A DNA stretch of 35,305 nucleotides from an uncultured Candidatus Saccharibacteria bacterium (GCA_964550995.1 CAZKAL010000003.1:1-35305); one strand, 5' to 3'; shown: positions 26,045 to 35,045, counted from the first letter of the stretch. Notes: generated from the letters alone by a model not told the origin. A program made the numbers and translations.

Positions 26045-26899
26045 ATGAGTAGGATTATTCTTTATTACAAATTCGTGCCAATTACTGACCCAGAGATGAC
26101 GATGCGCTGGCAGCGTGAACTGTGCACACGACTTGGTCTTAAAGGTCGTATTCTAATAAGCCCTCATGGGATTAACGGGACGCTTGGAGGCGATGATAAA
26201 GCGCTACGTCAATACAAGAGCCAAATGAATGCATCAGTTATTTTCAAAGACATTGTTTATAAATGGAGTGATGGAACTGGCGAAGATTTTCCAAAGCTGA
26301 AAGTTAAAGTCAAGCCAGAGATAGTAGCTTTTGACGCTGCTGACGAAATTGTTGTTTCAGAGCGTGGTATAGAAAATGGCGGGAAACACCTAAAACCTGC
26401 AGCCCTGCATAAACTACTTGATGAAAAGAAAAATGAGGGCGAGGAAGTCTTGTTTTATGACGGTCGTAATATGTACGAAGCCCAAATCGGTAAATTCAAA
26501 AATACTATTGTACCTAAAACAGTCACAAGCCGTGATTTCAAAGAAGACATCGAGAACGGTGAAATCTCCAAGCATAAAGACAAACCAATTGTTACCTATT
26601 GTACAGGTGGAATTAGATGTGAAATTCTAAGCGCCATGATGCTTAACCGAGGCTATAAGGAAATCTATCAGATGGATGGTGGAATTGCTAAATATGGCGA
26701 GAAGTACGGCGATAAAGGGTTATGGGAAGGCAAACTATTTGTGTTTGATGACCGAATGCAAATGGGATTTTCAGAAGATGCTAAAGATATTGCGAATTGT
26801 GAAAAGTGTGGACAAAAAACCTCAAACCTAATAAATTCCACCAATATTAGACGTCAACTGCATGTGATATGCCCAAAATGCATGAAAACCAAAGTCTAA
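26045..26899 (+). CDS. trhO: Rhodanese-domain tRNA uridine(34) hydroxylase TrhO (YceA/UPF0176)
   Basis: ILYYKFVPI...GRILISPHGINGTLGG at the N-terminus, the rhodanese active-site loop YCTGGIRCE, and C-terminal CEKCG...CPKC. Confidence 0.85.
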   Translation: MSRIILYYKFVPITDPEMTMRWQRELCTRLGLKGRILISPHGINGTLGGDDKALRQYKSQMNASVIFKDIVYKWSDGTGEDFPKLKVKVKPEIVAFDAADEIVVSERGIENGGKHLKPAALHKLLDEKKNEGEEVLFYDGRNMYEAQIGKFKNTIVPKTVTSRDFKEDIENGEISKHKDKPIVTYCTGGIRCEILSAMMLNRGYKEIYQMDGGIAKYGEKYGDKGLWEGKLFVFDDRMQMGFSEDAKDIANCEKCGQKTSNLINSTNIRRQLHVICPKCMKTKV

Positions 26900-26921
26900 A
26901 ATTGTAAAATATTCATAAACG

Positions 26922-26930
26922 TGTTATCAT
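26922..26930 (+). promoter_or_regulatory. Extended -10 (TGTTATCAT); leaderless configuration
   Basis: The hexamer ends 6 nt before ATG 26937. Confidence 0.45.
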
Positions 26931-26936
26931 AGTAAT

Positions 26937-27437
26937 ATGACAGAGTTGGATCCAAGCTTAGAAACACGAATTTTTCGTGTAACTGGTAGCCCAGAAGATT
27001 TTGCAAGGTTGTCTGGAATTTTAGGTTTGCCAGGTGTATTGGGTGATGTTGTGGTTAATGAAATAAAAAAACCACACCTAAATCCTAATTTTTATACAGA
27101 ATATAACAGACCTGATGAAGAAATAGTTCCTGTAGTTACGAAAGATAATTTTGAATCGTTTCGAGTAACTATGTTAGGAGAGGGGAAAAACTATCAGGCA
27201 ATTCGTATATGGAGTGTTCTTCGTAGAAATGTAGGCCATATAATTAGAGGTACCATGAGTGACATTGATCAATTTGCTGATATGTGGGAGATTACAAAAA
27301 ATGGAAAAGTAGTTGGTATAAAAGCGCTAGAATTTAGCAGTTTACTTGAATATGATCCGGGTAAATTAACTAATATTGGTCCAACAGCTGTTGAATTTTT
27401 AAAAAAGTTTAATGAGGCCCTTCACGCGCCACAGTAG
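26937..27437 (+). CDS. Hypothetical protein (166 aa)
   Basis: Clean ORF with its own promoter-like element. The C-terminal segment LTNIGPTAVEFLKKFNEAL is faintly helix-hairpin-helix-like. No confident domain. Confidence 0.6.
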   Translation: MTELDPSLETRIFRVTGSPEDFARLSGILGLPGVLGDVVVNEIKKPHLNPNFYTEYNRPDEEIVPVVTKDNFESFRVTMLGEGKNYQAIRIWSVLRRNVGHIIRGTMSDIDQFADMWEITKNGKVVGIKALEFSSLLEYDPGKLTNIGPTAVEFLKKFNEALHAPQ

Positions 27438-27487
27438 ATTGCTTTAACTTCTGATAAATTTATCGCTATAGATTACAATATACTTTA

Positions 27488-28990
27488 GTGAAAGATAATT
27501 TGAAAGAAAAGCTAAAAAACTTACCAACCACGCCAGGTGTCTATTTTCATAAGGATAAGTCCGGAGAAATAATATATATTGGCAAAGCCGCGGTTCTAAA
27601 AAATAGGGTACGACAGTATTTTCAAAAATCTCGTACTCGTGAGCCAAAAACAGAAGCTCTGGTTGCTGAAATAGCAGATACCGACTGGATTGAAGTTGAA
27701 ACAGAAATTGATGCGCTGTTTTTAGAGGCTGAGATGGTTAGGCGTTATTTACCCCGCTATAATATTCTTCTGCGTGATGATAAGAGCTTGTTGTATGTCA
27801 GGATTGATATCAAGAACGATAATCCTACAGTGACATTTACACGTCGTCCGCTTGATGACAAAGCAGAATATTTTGGTCCCTATATTCAAGGATACGCGGT
27901 ACGGAAAGCTTTGAGACTACTAAGACGAATATTCCCATATGCAACATCTATAAGAGAGGCGACTATGGGCAGTAGATTGTATGAACAAATTGGTCTAGAT
28001 CCGGGCGTTGCCAGTGGCAAAACATCAATAGAGACCTATAGAAAAAATTTGAGATTGCTGATGTCCTATTTGCGTGGCAATAGGACTAAACTTATGGTAG
28101 AAATTGCCAAGGAAATGAAGTTAGCCGCCAAAAGCCAGGATTTTGAGTTGGCAGCGCGACTGCGCAATAAGCTTTATGAGCTTAAGAGCTTAAAGAAGCA
28201 GGTAGTCTTTAGTGATAGAGAATTTATGGATCTGAGTAAAGACAGAGGATTGAGCGGCCTTACCGAACTACTTGGTATTAAGCTTCCTAAGAGAATTGAA
28301 GGGTATGACATTAGTCATATGTCTGGAACTGACAATGTCGCATCAATGGTTGTCTTTACGAACGGTATACCGGACAAAACTGCATATAGGAAGTTTAAAA
28401 TGCGCTTGAAAGGCAACAATGATTTTGCTCATATGAATGAGGCAATTACTCGTCGACTGCGGCCTACTAATGTCAAGTCTTGGGGAGTCCCAGATCTTTT
28501 TTTGATAGACGGTGGCAAGGGGCAAGTAGCAGCTGCAATAAAAGCCAGAGATCTTGCGGGATACGAAAAAATTCCAATGATAGGAATCGCTAAACGTGAA
28601 GAAGAGATAGTGATAGCTAAGCTTGGGTCAAACGTAGAGCTCAACCACCAATTTGCAAGAAACTTGCAATTCGAAATAAATGAAACAGATGATTTTTATT
28701 TAGTTCGTTTACCATTGACAAGTGATATTGTTAAGCTTTTGCAACGGATCCGAGATGAGTCTCATAGATTCGCGGTTAGTTATCACACAATTTTGAAAAG
28801 TGGTAGGCAAACAACCAGTTGGCTCGATGCCGTCCCTGGTATTGGCCCAGCTACTAAAAAGAAGCTTATTAGAGAATTTGGAAGCTCCCGAGGTGTTTTG
28901 CAAGCTAGATTTGCTGAGCTGCAGATGTTACTGGGTGAAAATAAAGCAACAATATTACGTCAATACATTAGGCTAGAGAAAAAACAATAA
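27488..28990 (+). CDS. uvrC: Excinuclease ABC subunit C (compact, 500 aa)
   Basis: GIY-YIG (PGVYFHKDKSGEIIYIGKA), a UVR-like helix (DFELAARLRNKLYELKSL), the endonuclease region IEGYDISHMSG, and the C-terminal HhH VPGIGPATKKKL. GTG start with TACAAT (27474-27479) 8 nt upstream. Confidence 0.93.
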   Translation: MKDNLKEKLKNLPTTPGVYFHKDKSGEIIYIGKAAVLKNRVRQYFQKSRTREPKTEALVAEIADTDWIEVETEIDALFLEAEMVRRYLPRYNILLRDDKSLLYVRIDIKNDNPTVTFTRRPLDDKAEYFGPYIQGYAVRKALRLLRRIFPYATSIREATMGSRLYEQIGLDPGVASGKTSIETYRKNLRLLMSYLRGNRTKLMVEIAKEMKLAAKSQDFELAARLRNKLYELKSLKKQVVFSDREFMDLSKDRGLSGLTELLGIKLPKRIEGYDISHMSGTDNVASMVVFTNGIPDKTAYRKFKMRLKGNNDFAHMNEAITRRLRPTNVKSWGVPDLFLIDGGKGQVAAAIKARDLAGYEKIPMIGIAKREEEIVIAKLGSNVELNHQFARNLQFEINETDDFYLVRLPLTSDIVKLLQRIRDESHRFAVSYHTILKSGRQTTSWLDAVPGIGPATKKKLIREFGSSRGVLQARFAELQMLLGENKATILRQYIRLEKKQ

Positions 28991-28991
28991 A

Positions 28992-29537
28992 TTAGATTCG
29001 TTTAGGGTTAGTAGAGATCATTTGATCGTAGAATTTGCCGTCATTGTCCCCGAAAGTATAAATGAGCCCATTTAATTGAGCAGTAAGTATTGTGTTTCTT
29101 AGAGGTATAGCAAATTCTATAAGTCTCGTTATGGGGCGGTCGTAATATCCTGATGCCGTTTGTAGTCCCTTGCGATATTTATTTCTAATAGGGAAAGGTG
29201 TCGTCCCGAAGACTTCTCGTAATTCATTTTCTGTAACCTGGAATTTGTTATCCTCGAGTGGTCCGTGCACATTTGAGCATAGAAAATCATCTGGTACGAG
29301 TTTCGGTACATCAATTATGTCGAAGTATTCAGCTTCTGGTTCTGCAAGCCCTTGCATGATACCTGCCCTGAAGTTAAGTTCAGATATTGTAGAACCCCAT
29401 AAAGCTACAAGACCTACGCTTTCGTCTATATATGTCTCGACAAGTTCCTGATGTACACTTGCCATGTTTTCAACCTGCAACATACTCATTGCATCTAAAT
29501 CTATGACTTTTGGCACTTCAATCCCTGAAAATAACAT
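28992..29537 (-). CDS. Hypothetical protein (181 aa)
   Basis: Clean ORF. The minus strand carries TGTTATAAA, ending 7 nt before the ATG. No recognisable domain. Confidence 0.6.
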   Translation of the reverse strand: MLFSGIEVPKVIDLDAMSMLQVENMASVHQELVETYIDESVGLVALWGSTISELNFRAGIMQGLAEPEAEYFDIIDVPKLVPDDFLCSNVHGPLEDNKFQVTENELREVFGTTPFPIRNKYRKGLQTASGYYDRPITRLIEFAIPLRNTILTAQLNGLIYTFGDNDGKFYDQMISTNPKRI

Positions 29538-29544
29538 AAGATTA

Positions 29545-29553
29545 TTTATAACA
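29545..29553 (-). promoter_or_regulatory. Extended -10 (TGTTATAAA) for the 181-aa gene; leaderless configuration
   Basis: The minus strand reads CGTGTTATAAATAATCTT-ATG. Confidence 0.45.
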
Positions 29554-29597
29554 CGAGGACCCTTTATTTGTTAAGGAAAGTTAAAGTAATGCCGATT

Positions 29598-29606
29598 TGG
29601 TACAAT
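29598..29606 (+). promoter_or_regulatory. Extended -10 (TGGTACAAT) for the aminopeptidase gene
   Basis: The hexamer ends 11 nt before ATG 29618. Confidence 0.45.
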
Positions 29607-29617
29607 GATCACTATAC

Positions 29618-30808
29618 ATGAGCCTAACTAAAGATTTTTATATAAACAACAGAGATAAACTAGCAACCGTTCTTCCGAGCTCGTACATTGTGATTTCGGC
29701 GAATTCTAAAGTACAAAAGTCCGCAGATTTGTCGTATCCCTTTCAGCAAGATAATAACTTCTGGTACCTAACAGGAATAAATGAACCAGATTATGTGTTA
29801 GCTATTGATACCGTATCAGGTGTATCAACATTGTTTACACCTACATTAAATCAATACCAAGAAGACTGGGACGGTACTTTTGATGAAAATAGCATTAAAT
29901 CAGCTAGTGGTATTAGAGAGTTTTGTGACATATCTAAAATAACTAGTGAGACCCAAAAAGCGGAAAAGCGAGGTTTGGAAATATGCTACCTAAAGCCACT
30001 AGATGAAGTGGTAGAGCCGTATGGGTTTTATAGTAACCCTGCACGTCGTGAGATAGAAAAAAAGATACTCAGTGTAAATTCTAATCCAAAAGATGTCAGA
30101 ATAGATATCGCGCGTTTAAGACAAATAAAACAGCCAGAGGAAATCAAACTAATACAAAAAGCTATCGATATAACAGGCAAGACGTTATCTGAGGTAAGAG
30201 CTCAGTTAAGTGAGTTTGATTCAGAGAAAGATGTAGAACGGGCAATTACTGCAGGGTTTTATAATCATGGTGGAGATGGGCATGCGTTCGATCCGATTAT
30301 TGCTGGTGGCAAAAATGCGGCGACTATTCACTACACTTCGAACTCCTCGAAGCTGTCTTCTGGGGACCTCGTTCTTCTAGACATTGGTACGAATTATGAG
30401 CGATACCCATCGGACATTAGCAGGACATGGTCTTTGGGACAGCCAACTAAACGCCAGCAAGAAATATACTCCGCGGTTCTAGACATCCAAGACCATGCAT
30501 TTAAATTGCTTAAACCAGGCGCAAATTTACGTAAGAACCAACAAGCACTGGACGCCTATGCCAAGAAAATATTAAAAAAAATCGGCATAGACAGGGACAA
30601 GTTTCCGCATGGCATATCGCACTTTGTTGGTTTGGACGTACACGATGCCGGTGATTACAATGCCTCTCTTGCAGAGAATATGATTCTTACTGTAGAGCCG
30701 GGTGTGTATTTGCCAGAAGAAAACATAGGTATCCGAATAGAAGATGTCGTGCGAATTACAAGAACTGGGATAGATATTATGTCTAAGGACATACCTAAAG
30801 AACTTTGA
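29618..30808 (+). CDS. pepP: M24-family Xaa-Pro aminopeptidase
   Basis: Creatinase-like N-domain plus the M24 metal-ligand pattern (LLDIG, PHGISHFVGLDVHD, TVEPGVY, IRIEDVV). Confidence 0.88.
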   Translation: MSLTKDFYINNRDKLATVLPSSYIVISANSKVQKSADLSYPFQQDNNFWYLTGINEPDYVLAIDTVSGVSTLFTPTLNQYQEDWDGTFDENSIKSASGIREFCDISKITSETQKAEKRGLEICYLKPLDEVVEPYGFYSNPARREIEKKILSVNSNPKDVRIDIARLRQIKQPEEIKLIQKAIDITGKTLSEVRAQLSEFDSEKDVERAITAGFYNHGGDGHAFDPIIAGGKNAATIHYTSNSSKLSSGDLVLLDIGTNYERYPSDISRTWSLGQPTKRQQEIYSAVLDIQDHAFKLLKPGANLRKNQQALDAYAKKILKKIGIDRDKFPHGISHFVGLDVHDAGDYNASLAENMILTVEPGVYLPEENIGIRIEDVVRITRTGIDIMSKDIPKEL

Positions 30809-30853
30809 TCTAAGAGAAATCGTGTATTCTATCCAGCAATACACAAACTAAAA

Positions 30854-30862
30854 TGCTATAAT
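30854..30862 (+). promoter_or_regulatory. Extended -10 (TGCTATAAT) for the holin-family/secG operon
   Basis: Perfect TGnTATAAT. It overlaps the ORF-track ATG 30861 and ends 7 nt before ATG 30870. Confidence 0.5.
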
Positions 30863-30869
30863 GATATCA

Positions 30870-31238
30870 ATGAAAAATCGAAAAATGCGATTTGTTGTGC
30901 GCTGGTTTGTGGGCAGTTTCGGGCTTTGGATAGCCTCGGAAATTCTTGGTAACGACAGCATTAGTTTTGAAGGTCGTGTTAGCGCAATAGTAGTCTCAGG
31001 CTTTATATTGGCTCTTGTAAACGTCTTTATAAAGCCCCTAGTGGTTTTCCTAACACTGCCAGCAGTTTTACTATCGCTAGGAATATTCATGGTTGCGATA
31101 AATGCTATGATGGTTTTGTTAGCGGCTTACCTCTATGGACCACTTGAAGTTAACGGGTTTGGCGTCGCAATAGTAGCAGGATTGTTGATTGGTCTGGTAA
31201 ACTGGTTAGTATCAGCATTATTGGAGGATAAAAAATGA
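30870..31238 (+). CDS. Phage-holin-family (4-TM, PF04020-like) membrane protein
   Basis: MKNRKMRFVVRWFVGSFGLWIASEIL... with 4 hydrophobic segments. Start moved to ATG 30870 because ATG 30861 lies inside the -10 box. Confidence 0.72.
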   Translation: MKNRKMRFVVRWFVGSFGLWIASEILGNDSISFEGRVSAIVVSGFILALVNVFIKPLVVFLTLPAVLLSLGIFMVAINAMMVLLAAYLYGPLEVNGFGVAIVAGLLIGLVNWLVSALLEDKK

Positions 31239-31450
31239 ACATTTGGAACTACATTATGATTGGGGCAGCATTAGTTATGATTATATTGATAATGATACAG
31301 GTTCGCGGTGCTGGCTTAGGTGCTGGCTTAGGTGGTGGAGGAGAAGTAAATACAGTACGTCGAGGCTCAGAGCGGAGCATCTTCATGTTGACGATTATTT
31401 CAGCAACTACATTTGCGTTATCTATTTTACTTGAACTTATTCTTGGATAA
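31235..31450 (+). CDS. secG: Preprotein translocase subunit SecG
   Basis: 71 aa, two TM segments flanking a Gly-rich loop (RGAGLGAGLGGGGE). ATGA overlap with the upstream gene. Confidence 0.85.
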   Translation: MNIWNYIMIGAALVMIILIMIQVRGAGLGAGLGGGGEVNTVRRGSERSIFMLTIISATTFALSILLELILG

Positions 31451-31476
31451 AATCGTCAGCGAGAGGGTGTAATAGC

Positions 31477-33276
31477 GTGAATGACGCAAAACAAAATTAT
31501 CATCGTTTGAAGCTAAAAGCCCGGCGCAAATTTCGTAAGCAGAAAAAACAAGCAGAAGAAGTAGCCGTTCAGGCTGATAATTCCTTGGAAAAGCTTGTTT
31601 TTAGGCGTATTCCACGTCTAGGAAATGTAAAAAGATTTGTTTCTGTCTGGACACTTCTAGTGATGTTGATTGGCTTTGGTGCCATATGGCAGGTTCGTGG
31701 GCTTGATAAATACTATCTAACTCTAAAACCAGCCGATGGAGGGATTTACAGGGAAGGAATAATAGGTTCATTTACAACTGCTAGCCCATTATTTGCGGTC
31801 GGACCTACGGACGTATCAGTTTCTAAATTAGTATTTTCTGGACTATTCCAAATTGCACCTGATAGTACATTAAAGCCAGATATTGCGACTGGTTTTAACG
31901 TTGATAAAAAGGGCCTAGTGTATACCGTTAAACTTAGAAATGATGTTCGTTGGCATGATGGCGAAGCTCTAACAAGTAAAGATGTTGTATTCACATACAA
32001 CAAGATTAAAAATCCCGATGCTAAATCACCACTTTTTTCTAGCTGGCGAGACGTAAATGTAAAAGCAACCGACGATTACACAGTCGTATTTACATTACCC
32101 AATGCTCTTGCATCGTTTAAGTATTCAATGATTAATGGGATTGTGCCGGAGCATATACTTAGAGATACTGAGGCTGCCGACCTAAGATCTTCACTTTTCA
32201 ATACTGATTCAGCGATAGGAACAGGACCTTTCGTATTAGATTCAGTCGACGTAAAAGGCAATAGTGTAGATGATAGACAAGAAAAAATTACTCTTCAGTC
32301 ATATGATGATTATCATAAAAACCGCCCAAAAATTGATGGAGTCGTAATCCGAACTTACAGGGATGATAGTTCGTTAATTAAAGCATTTAAAGAGCAAGAA
32401 ATCACAGCGATGGTGGGCCTAAGGGAGTTGCCAGAAGAGCTGTTAAGTGACAGCAGTATTCAGATACATAGCACTCCCTTATTAAGTTCTATCATGGTAT
32501 TCATGAACAACTCGAAGCCAGCTCTAAGTGACAAAAATGTTCGTCGGGCACTTGTTCAAGCGACAAACACAGAAGATGTACGGGCTGGTCTAGGATATCA
32601 GTCTATAAAGGTTGATAGCCCTTTCTTGCAGTCACATTTTGCATATGATGCTGATAAAGTACAGTGGCCATATGATTCAGCCAATGCAGCAAAACTTCTC
32701 GACGATGCAGGGTGGAAAATTAGAGAAAATGGTAAACGAGAGAAAGATGGTGAAAGTCTTAAATTGCGACTTGTCTCTCAAAGTTTATCGGAATATGCGA
32801 CAGTTGTTCAAAATCTACAGAAACAATGGAGAAAAATTGGAGTTGAAGTGGATGCTATCCTCCAACCAGAAGAAGACGTTCAATCGGGCTCTGTTTCAAG
32901 ACATGATTACGATTTATTATTGTACGGTATAGCTATTGGCTCTGATCCAGATGTTTTTGCATATTGGCATAGCTCGCAAGCTGATGTAAGACTGAAATCC
33001 AGGCTTAATTTATCAGAGTATAAAAACAATGAAGCAGATACTGCGCTAGAAGCAGGTAGAACGCGTTCTGATGAAGCGTTACGCAGGGTAAAATATGCAC
33101 CATTTCTAGACGCTTGGCGAGACGATTCGCCGGCGATTGGTCTCTATCAACCGCGATTTCTGTACGTTAACAGAGGTATACTTGAAGGGTACGAAGCTGG
33201 TCAATTCAGTAACTCATCAGATAGGTTCTACTCAATAACACAATGGCAGATCCGGCAAGAGAAAACAATCAAATAA
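31477..33276 (+). CDS. Family-5 (peptide/nickel-type) ABC solute-binding protein, membrane-anchored, orphan
   Basis: Basic N-terminus plus a TM anchor. The body resembles SBP_bac_5 (VRWHDGEALTSKDVVFTY, GTGPFVLDS). GTG start, with GAGGG 9 nt upstream. Confidence 0.83.
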   Translation: MNDAKQNYHRLKLKARRKFRKQKKQAEEVAVQADNSLEKLVFRRIPRLGNVKRFVSVWTLLVMLIGFGAIWQVRGLDKYYLTLKPADGGIYREGIIGSFTTASPLFAVGPTDVSVSKLVFSGLFQIAPDSTLKPDIATGFNVDKKGLVYTVKLRNDVRWHDGEALTSKDVVFTYNKIKNPDAKSPLFSSWRDVNVKATDDYTVVFTLPNALASFKYSMINGIVPEHILRDTEAADLRSSLFNTDSAIGTGPFVLDSVDVKGNSVDDRQEKITLQSYDDYHKNRPKIDGVVIRTYRDDSSLIKAFKEQEITAMVGLRELPEELLSDSSIQIHSTPLLSSIMVFMNNSKPALSDKNVRRALVQATNTEDVRAGLGYQSIKVDSPFLQSHFAYDADKVQWPYDSANAAKLLDDAGWKIRENGKREKDGESLKLRLVSQSLSEYATVVQNLQKQWRKIGVEVDAILQPEEDVQSGSVSRHDYDLLLYGIAIGSDPDVFAYWHSSQADVRLKSRLNLSEYKNNEADTALEAGRTRSDEALRRVKYAPFLDAWRDDSPAIGLYQPRFLYVNRGILEGYEAGQFSNSSDRFYSITQWQIRQEKTIK

Positions 33277-33312
33277 AAAACTAACTTATACTACATCCAT
33301 CCATCATTCTTA

Positions 33313-33321
33313 TGCTAGAAT
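33313..33321 (+). promoter_or_regulatory. Extended -10 (TGCTAGAAT) for the FAD oxidase gene
   Basis: TGnTAGAAT lies 30 nt upstream of GTG 33352, with AAAGAAAGG in the leader. Confidence 0.4.
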
Positions 33322-33351
33322 ATAAATATTCAAAAGAAAGGCAAAAATACA

Positions 33352-34983
33352 GTGAATAAAGTTGCCCATTATTTGCAACAGCACCTTAGTGGTGAGATCA
33401 TTACATCGTCTGATGTGCTGGATTATTTCTCTACTGATGAGAGCATTCTACAGTTAAAGCCTCAACTTGTTGTGTATCCTAGAAAAGAAGGGGACATTAG
33501 AAAGTCGGCTAGATTTACTTGGCAATTATCTGAAAAAGGCCGAATGGTGCCACTAACGGCGCGCGGTATGGGTACAGACCAGACGGGTGGGTCGTTAGGA
33601 TCTGGCATTATTATTGCTTTACCTGCTCATATGAACAAAGTTATTGAACTTGATTCAAAAACAGGAGTAATTACGGTTGAAGCGGGTATGAATTTAGACA
33701 AGCTACAACAAGTACTTCATACACATGGGCGATTTCTTCCGCCAGTGTCTAACGTCAATAAGTACGCAACAATTGGTGGTGCAGTCGCAAATAATGATAG
33801 TGGACGCGCAAGCTACAAATATGGACCGATGCAAGAGTTTGTGCGTGGCCTACGTGTCGTATTAGCTAATGGTGAGTTGATAGAAACGGGTCGCTTGAGC
33901 AAGCGCGAGTTTAACAAAAAACTTGGTTTAGCCTCTTTTGAGGGTGAAATCTACCGCGGTCTAGATAAATTAATTGAAGAATCCTATGATACTATCACCT
34001 CAGTTTCTGAGGTAACCGACAAAGGCTCTGCTGGATACGACATTTCTGATGTTAGGCAAAAAGATGGTAGCTTTGACTTAACACCAATATTCTTGGGTTC
34101 ACAAGGGACACTAGGTATTATTACAGAAGTAACACTTGATACAGTGCCATATAATCCGATAATTAACCGAATGGTTGCGGGTTTTGCTGAACGATCACAG
34201 GCTTGGAAAGCAATAGACGAGATAAATAAACTCAAAAATGGCCCTTCAAGTATAGATTTTATCGACATGAGCCTAATAAACATGCTGCAGGATATTAATC
34301 CGGGAGTGCTTAAACCACTTCAGGGTGGTGTGCCAGCTGTTTTGGTGTTTATTGATATAGACGACGACGGAGCTAGATCAAGCAAGAGGATTCAGAAGAA
34401 AATTTCCAAAATATTTGATACCCAGGATGCAGAATTAGTTATACCTGGTGAGGACGAAGAAGAGTGGGAAAGATTACGGGATAGTGCATCAATGTACTTG
34501 ACCTATAACAAAAGTAAAAAACGAGCCCTACCAGTTTTAGATGATGCATTAGTACCTATAGAGCGCATGAGTGAATTCTTTAATGAAGTAGAGAAGCTAA
34601 TGAGTGCATTGTCATTGCCTGATTATGCTATATGGGGACAGGCAGGAAGTGGTCTAGTCCATGTTGCTCCGCTTCTAGATATTTCTTCAGTTGGTGATCG
34701 ACAAAAAATGTTTAAAGCTATGGATGCATTTTATAGTTATGTCTGCAAAATTGGTGGATCAATAGCAGGCGAGTATGCCGAAGGACGAACGCGTGGTATT
34801 TTCTCTGGAAAGCAATTTCAGCCTCAAGCAATAGATATGTTCAGGAAGGTTAAAGATATATTTGATCCGACCAAGACTCTAAACCCAGGGCTAAAGATGG
34901 ATGCCAGGTTAGATGATGTAAAGAAAATGGTTCGTGACAGTTATTCGCTAGACCATCAGTACAACCATTTGCCTAGAGGGTAG
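33352..34983 (+). CDS. FAD-binding (PCMH-type) oxidoreductase, GlcD/D-lactate dehydrogenase-like
   Basis: FAD_binding_4-like N-half (VVYPRKEGDIRK..., ARGMGTDQTGGS, ATIGGAVANNDSG) and the C-terminal FAD-linked oxidase pattern (GGSIAGEYAEGRTRG). Confidence 0.83.
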   Translation: MNKVAHYLQQHLSGEIITSSDVLDYFSTDESILQLKPQLVVYPRKEGDIRKSARFTWQLSEKGRMVPLTARGMGTDQTGGSLGSGIIIALPAHMNKVIELDSKTGVITVEAGMNLDKLQQVLHTHGRFLPPVSNVNKYATIGGAVANNDSGRASYKYGPMQEFVRGLRVVLANGELIETGRLSKREFNKKLGLASFEGEIYRGLDKLIEESYDTITSVSEVTDKGSAGYDISDVRQKDGSFDLTPIFLGSQGTLGIITEVTLDTVPYNPIINRMVAGFAERSQAWKAIDEINKLKNGPSSIDFIDMSLINMLQDINPGVLKPLQGGVPAVLVFIDIDDDGARSSKRIQKKISKIFDTQDAELVIPGEDEEEWERLRDSASMYLTYNKSKKRALPVLDDALVPIERMSEFFNEVEKLMSALSLPDYAIWGQAGSGLVHVAPLLDISSVGDRQKMFKAMDAFYSYVCKIGGSIAGEYAEGRTRGIFSGKQFQPQAIDMFRKVKDIFDPTKTLNPGLKMDARLDDVKKMVRDSYSLDHQYNHLPRG

Positions 34984-34989
34984 GCTGTT

Positions 34990-35045
34990 GCTAGAAGCTA
35001 GAAGCTAGAAGCTAGAAGCTAGAAGCTAGAAGCTAGAAGCTAGAA
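34990..35045. repeat. Perfect heptanucleotide tandem repeat (GCTAGAA)x8
   Basis: 56 nt of uninterrupted GCTAGAA units start 7 nt after the TAG stop of the FAD oxidase gene. Every reading frame hits TAG within one 21-nt cycle, so it cannot be coding. Confidence 0.95.

Noticed and set aside
30822-30844. Hairpin GTGTATT/AATACAC after the aminopeptidase gene as an intrinsic terminator
   Set aside because: It has only a 7-bp AT-rich stem with a 9-nt loop and no U-tract. It lies just 10 nt before the next promoter box and is not convincing as a terminator.
30861-30869. ORF-track start ATG 30861 for the holin-family gene
   Set aside because: This ATG lies inside the TGCTATAAT -10 element. The in-frame ATG 30870 sits 7 nt after the box, like the other leaderless genes.
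31243-31434. 63-aa ORF overlapping secG in another frame (also 26418..26630, 32612..32932 and 3287..3619)
   Set aside because: These lie inside better-supported genes, have unconvincing W/R/C-rich or otherwise odd composition, and lack independent start signals.
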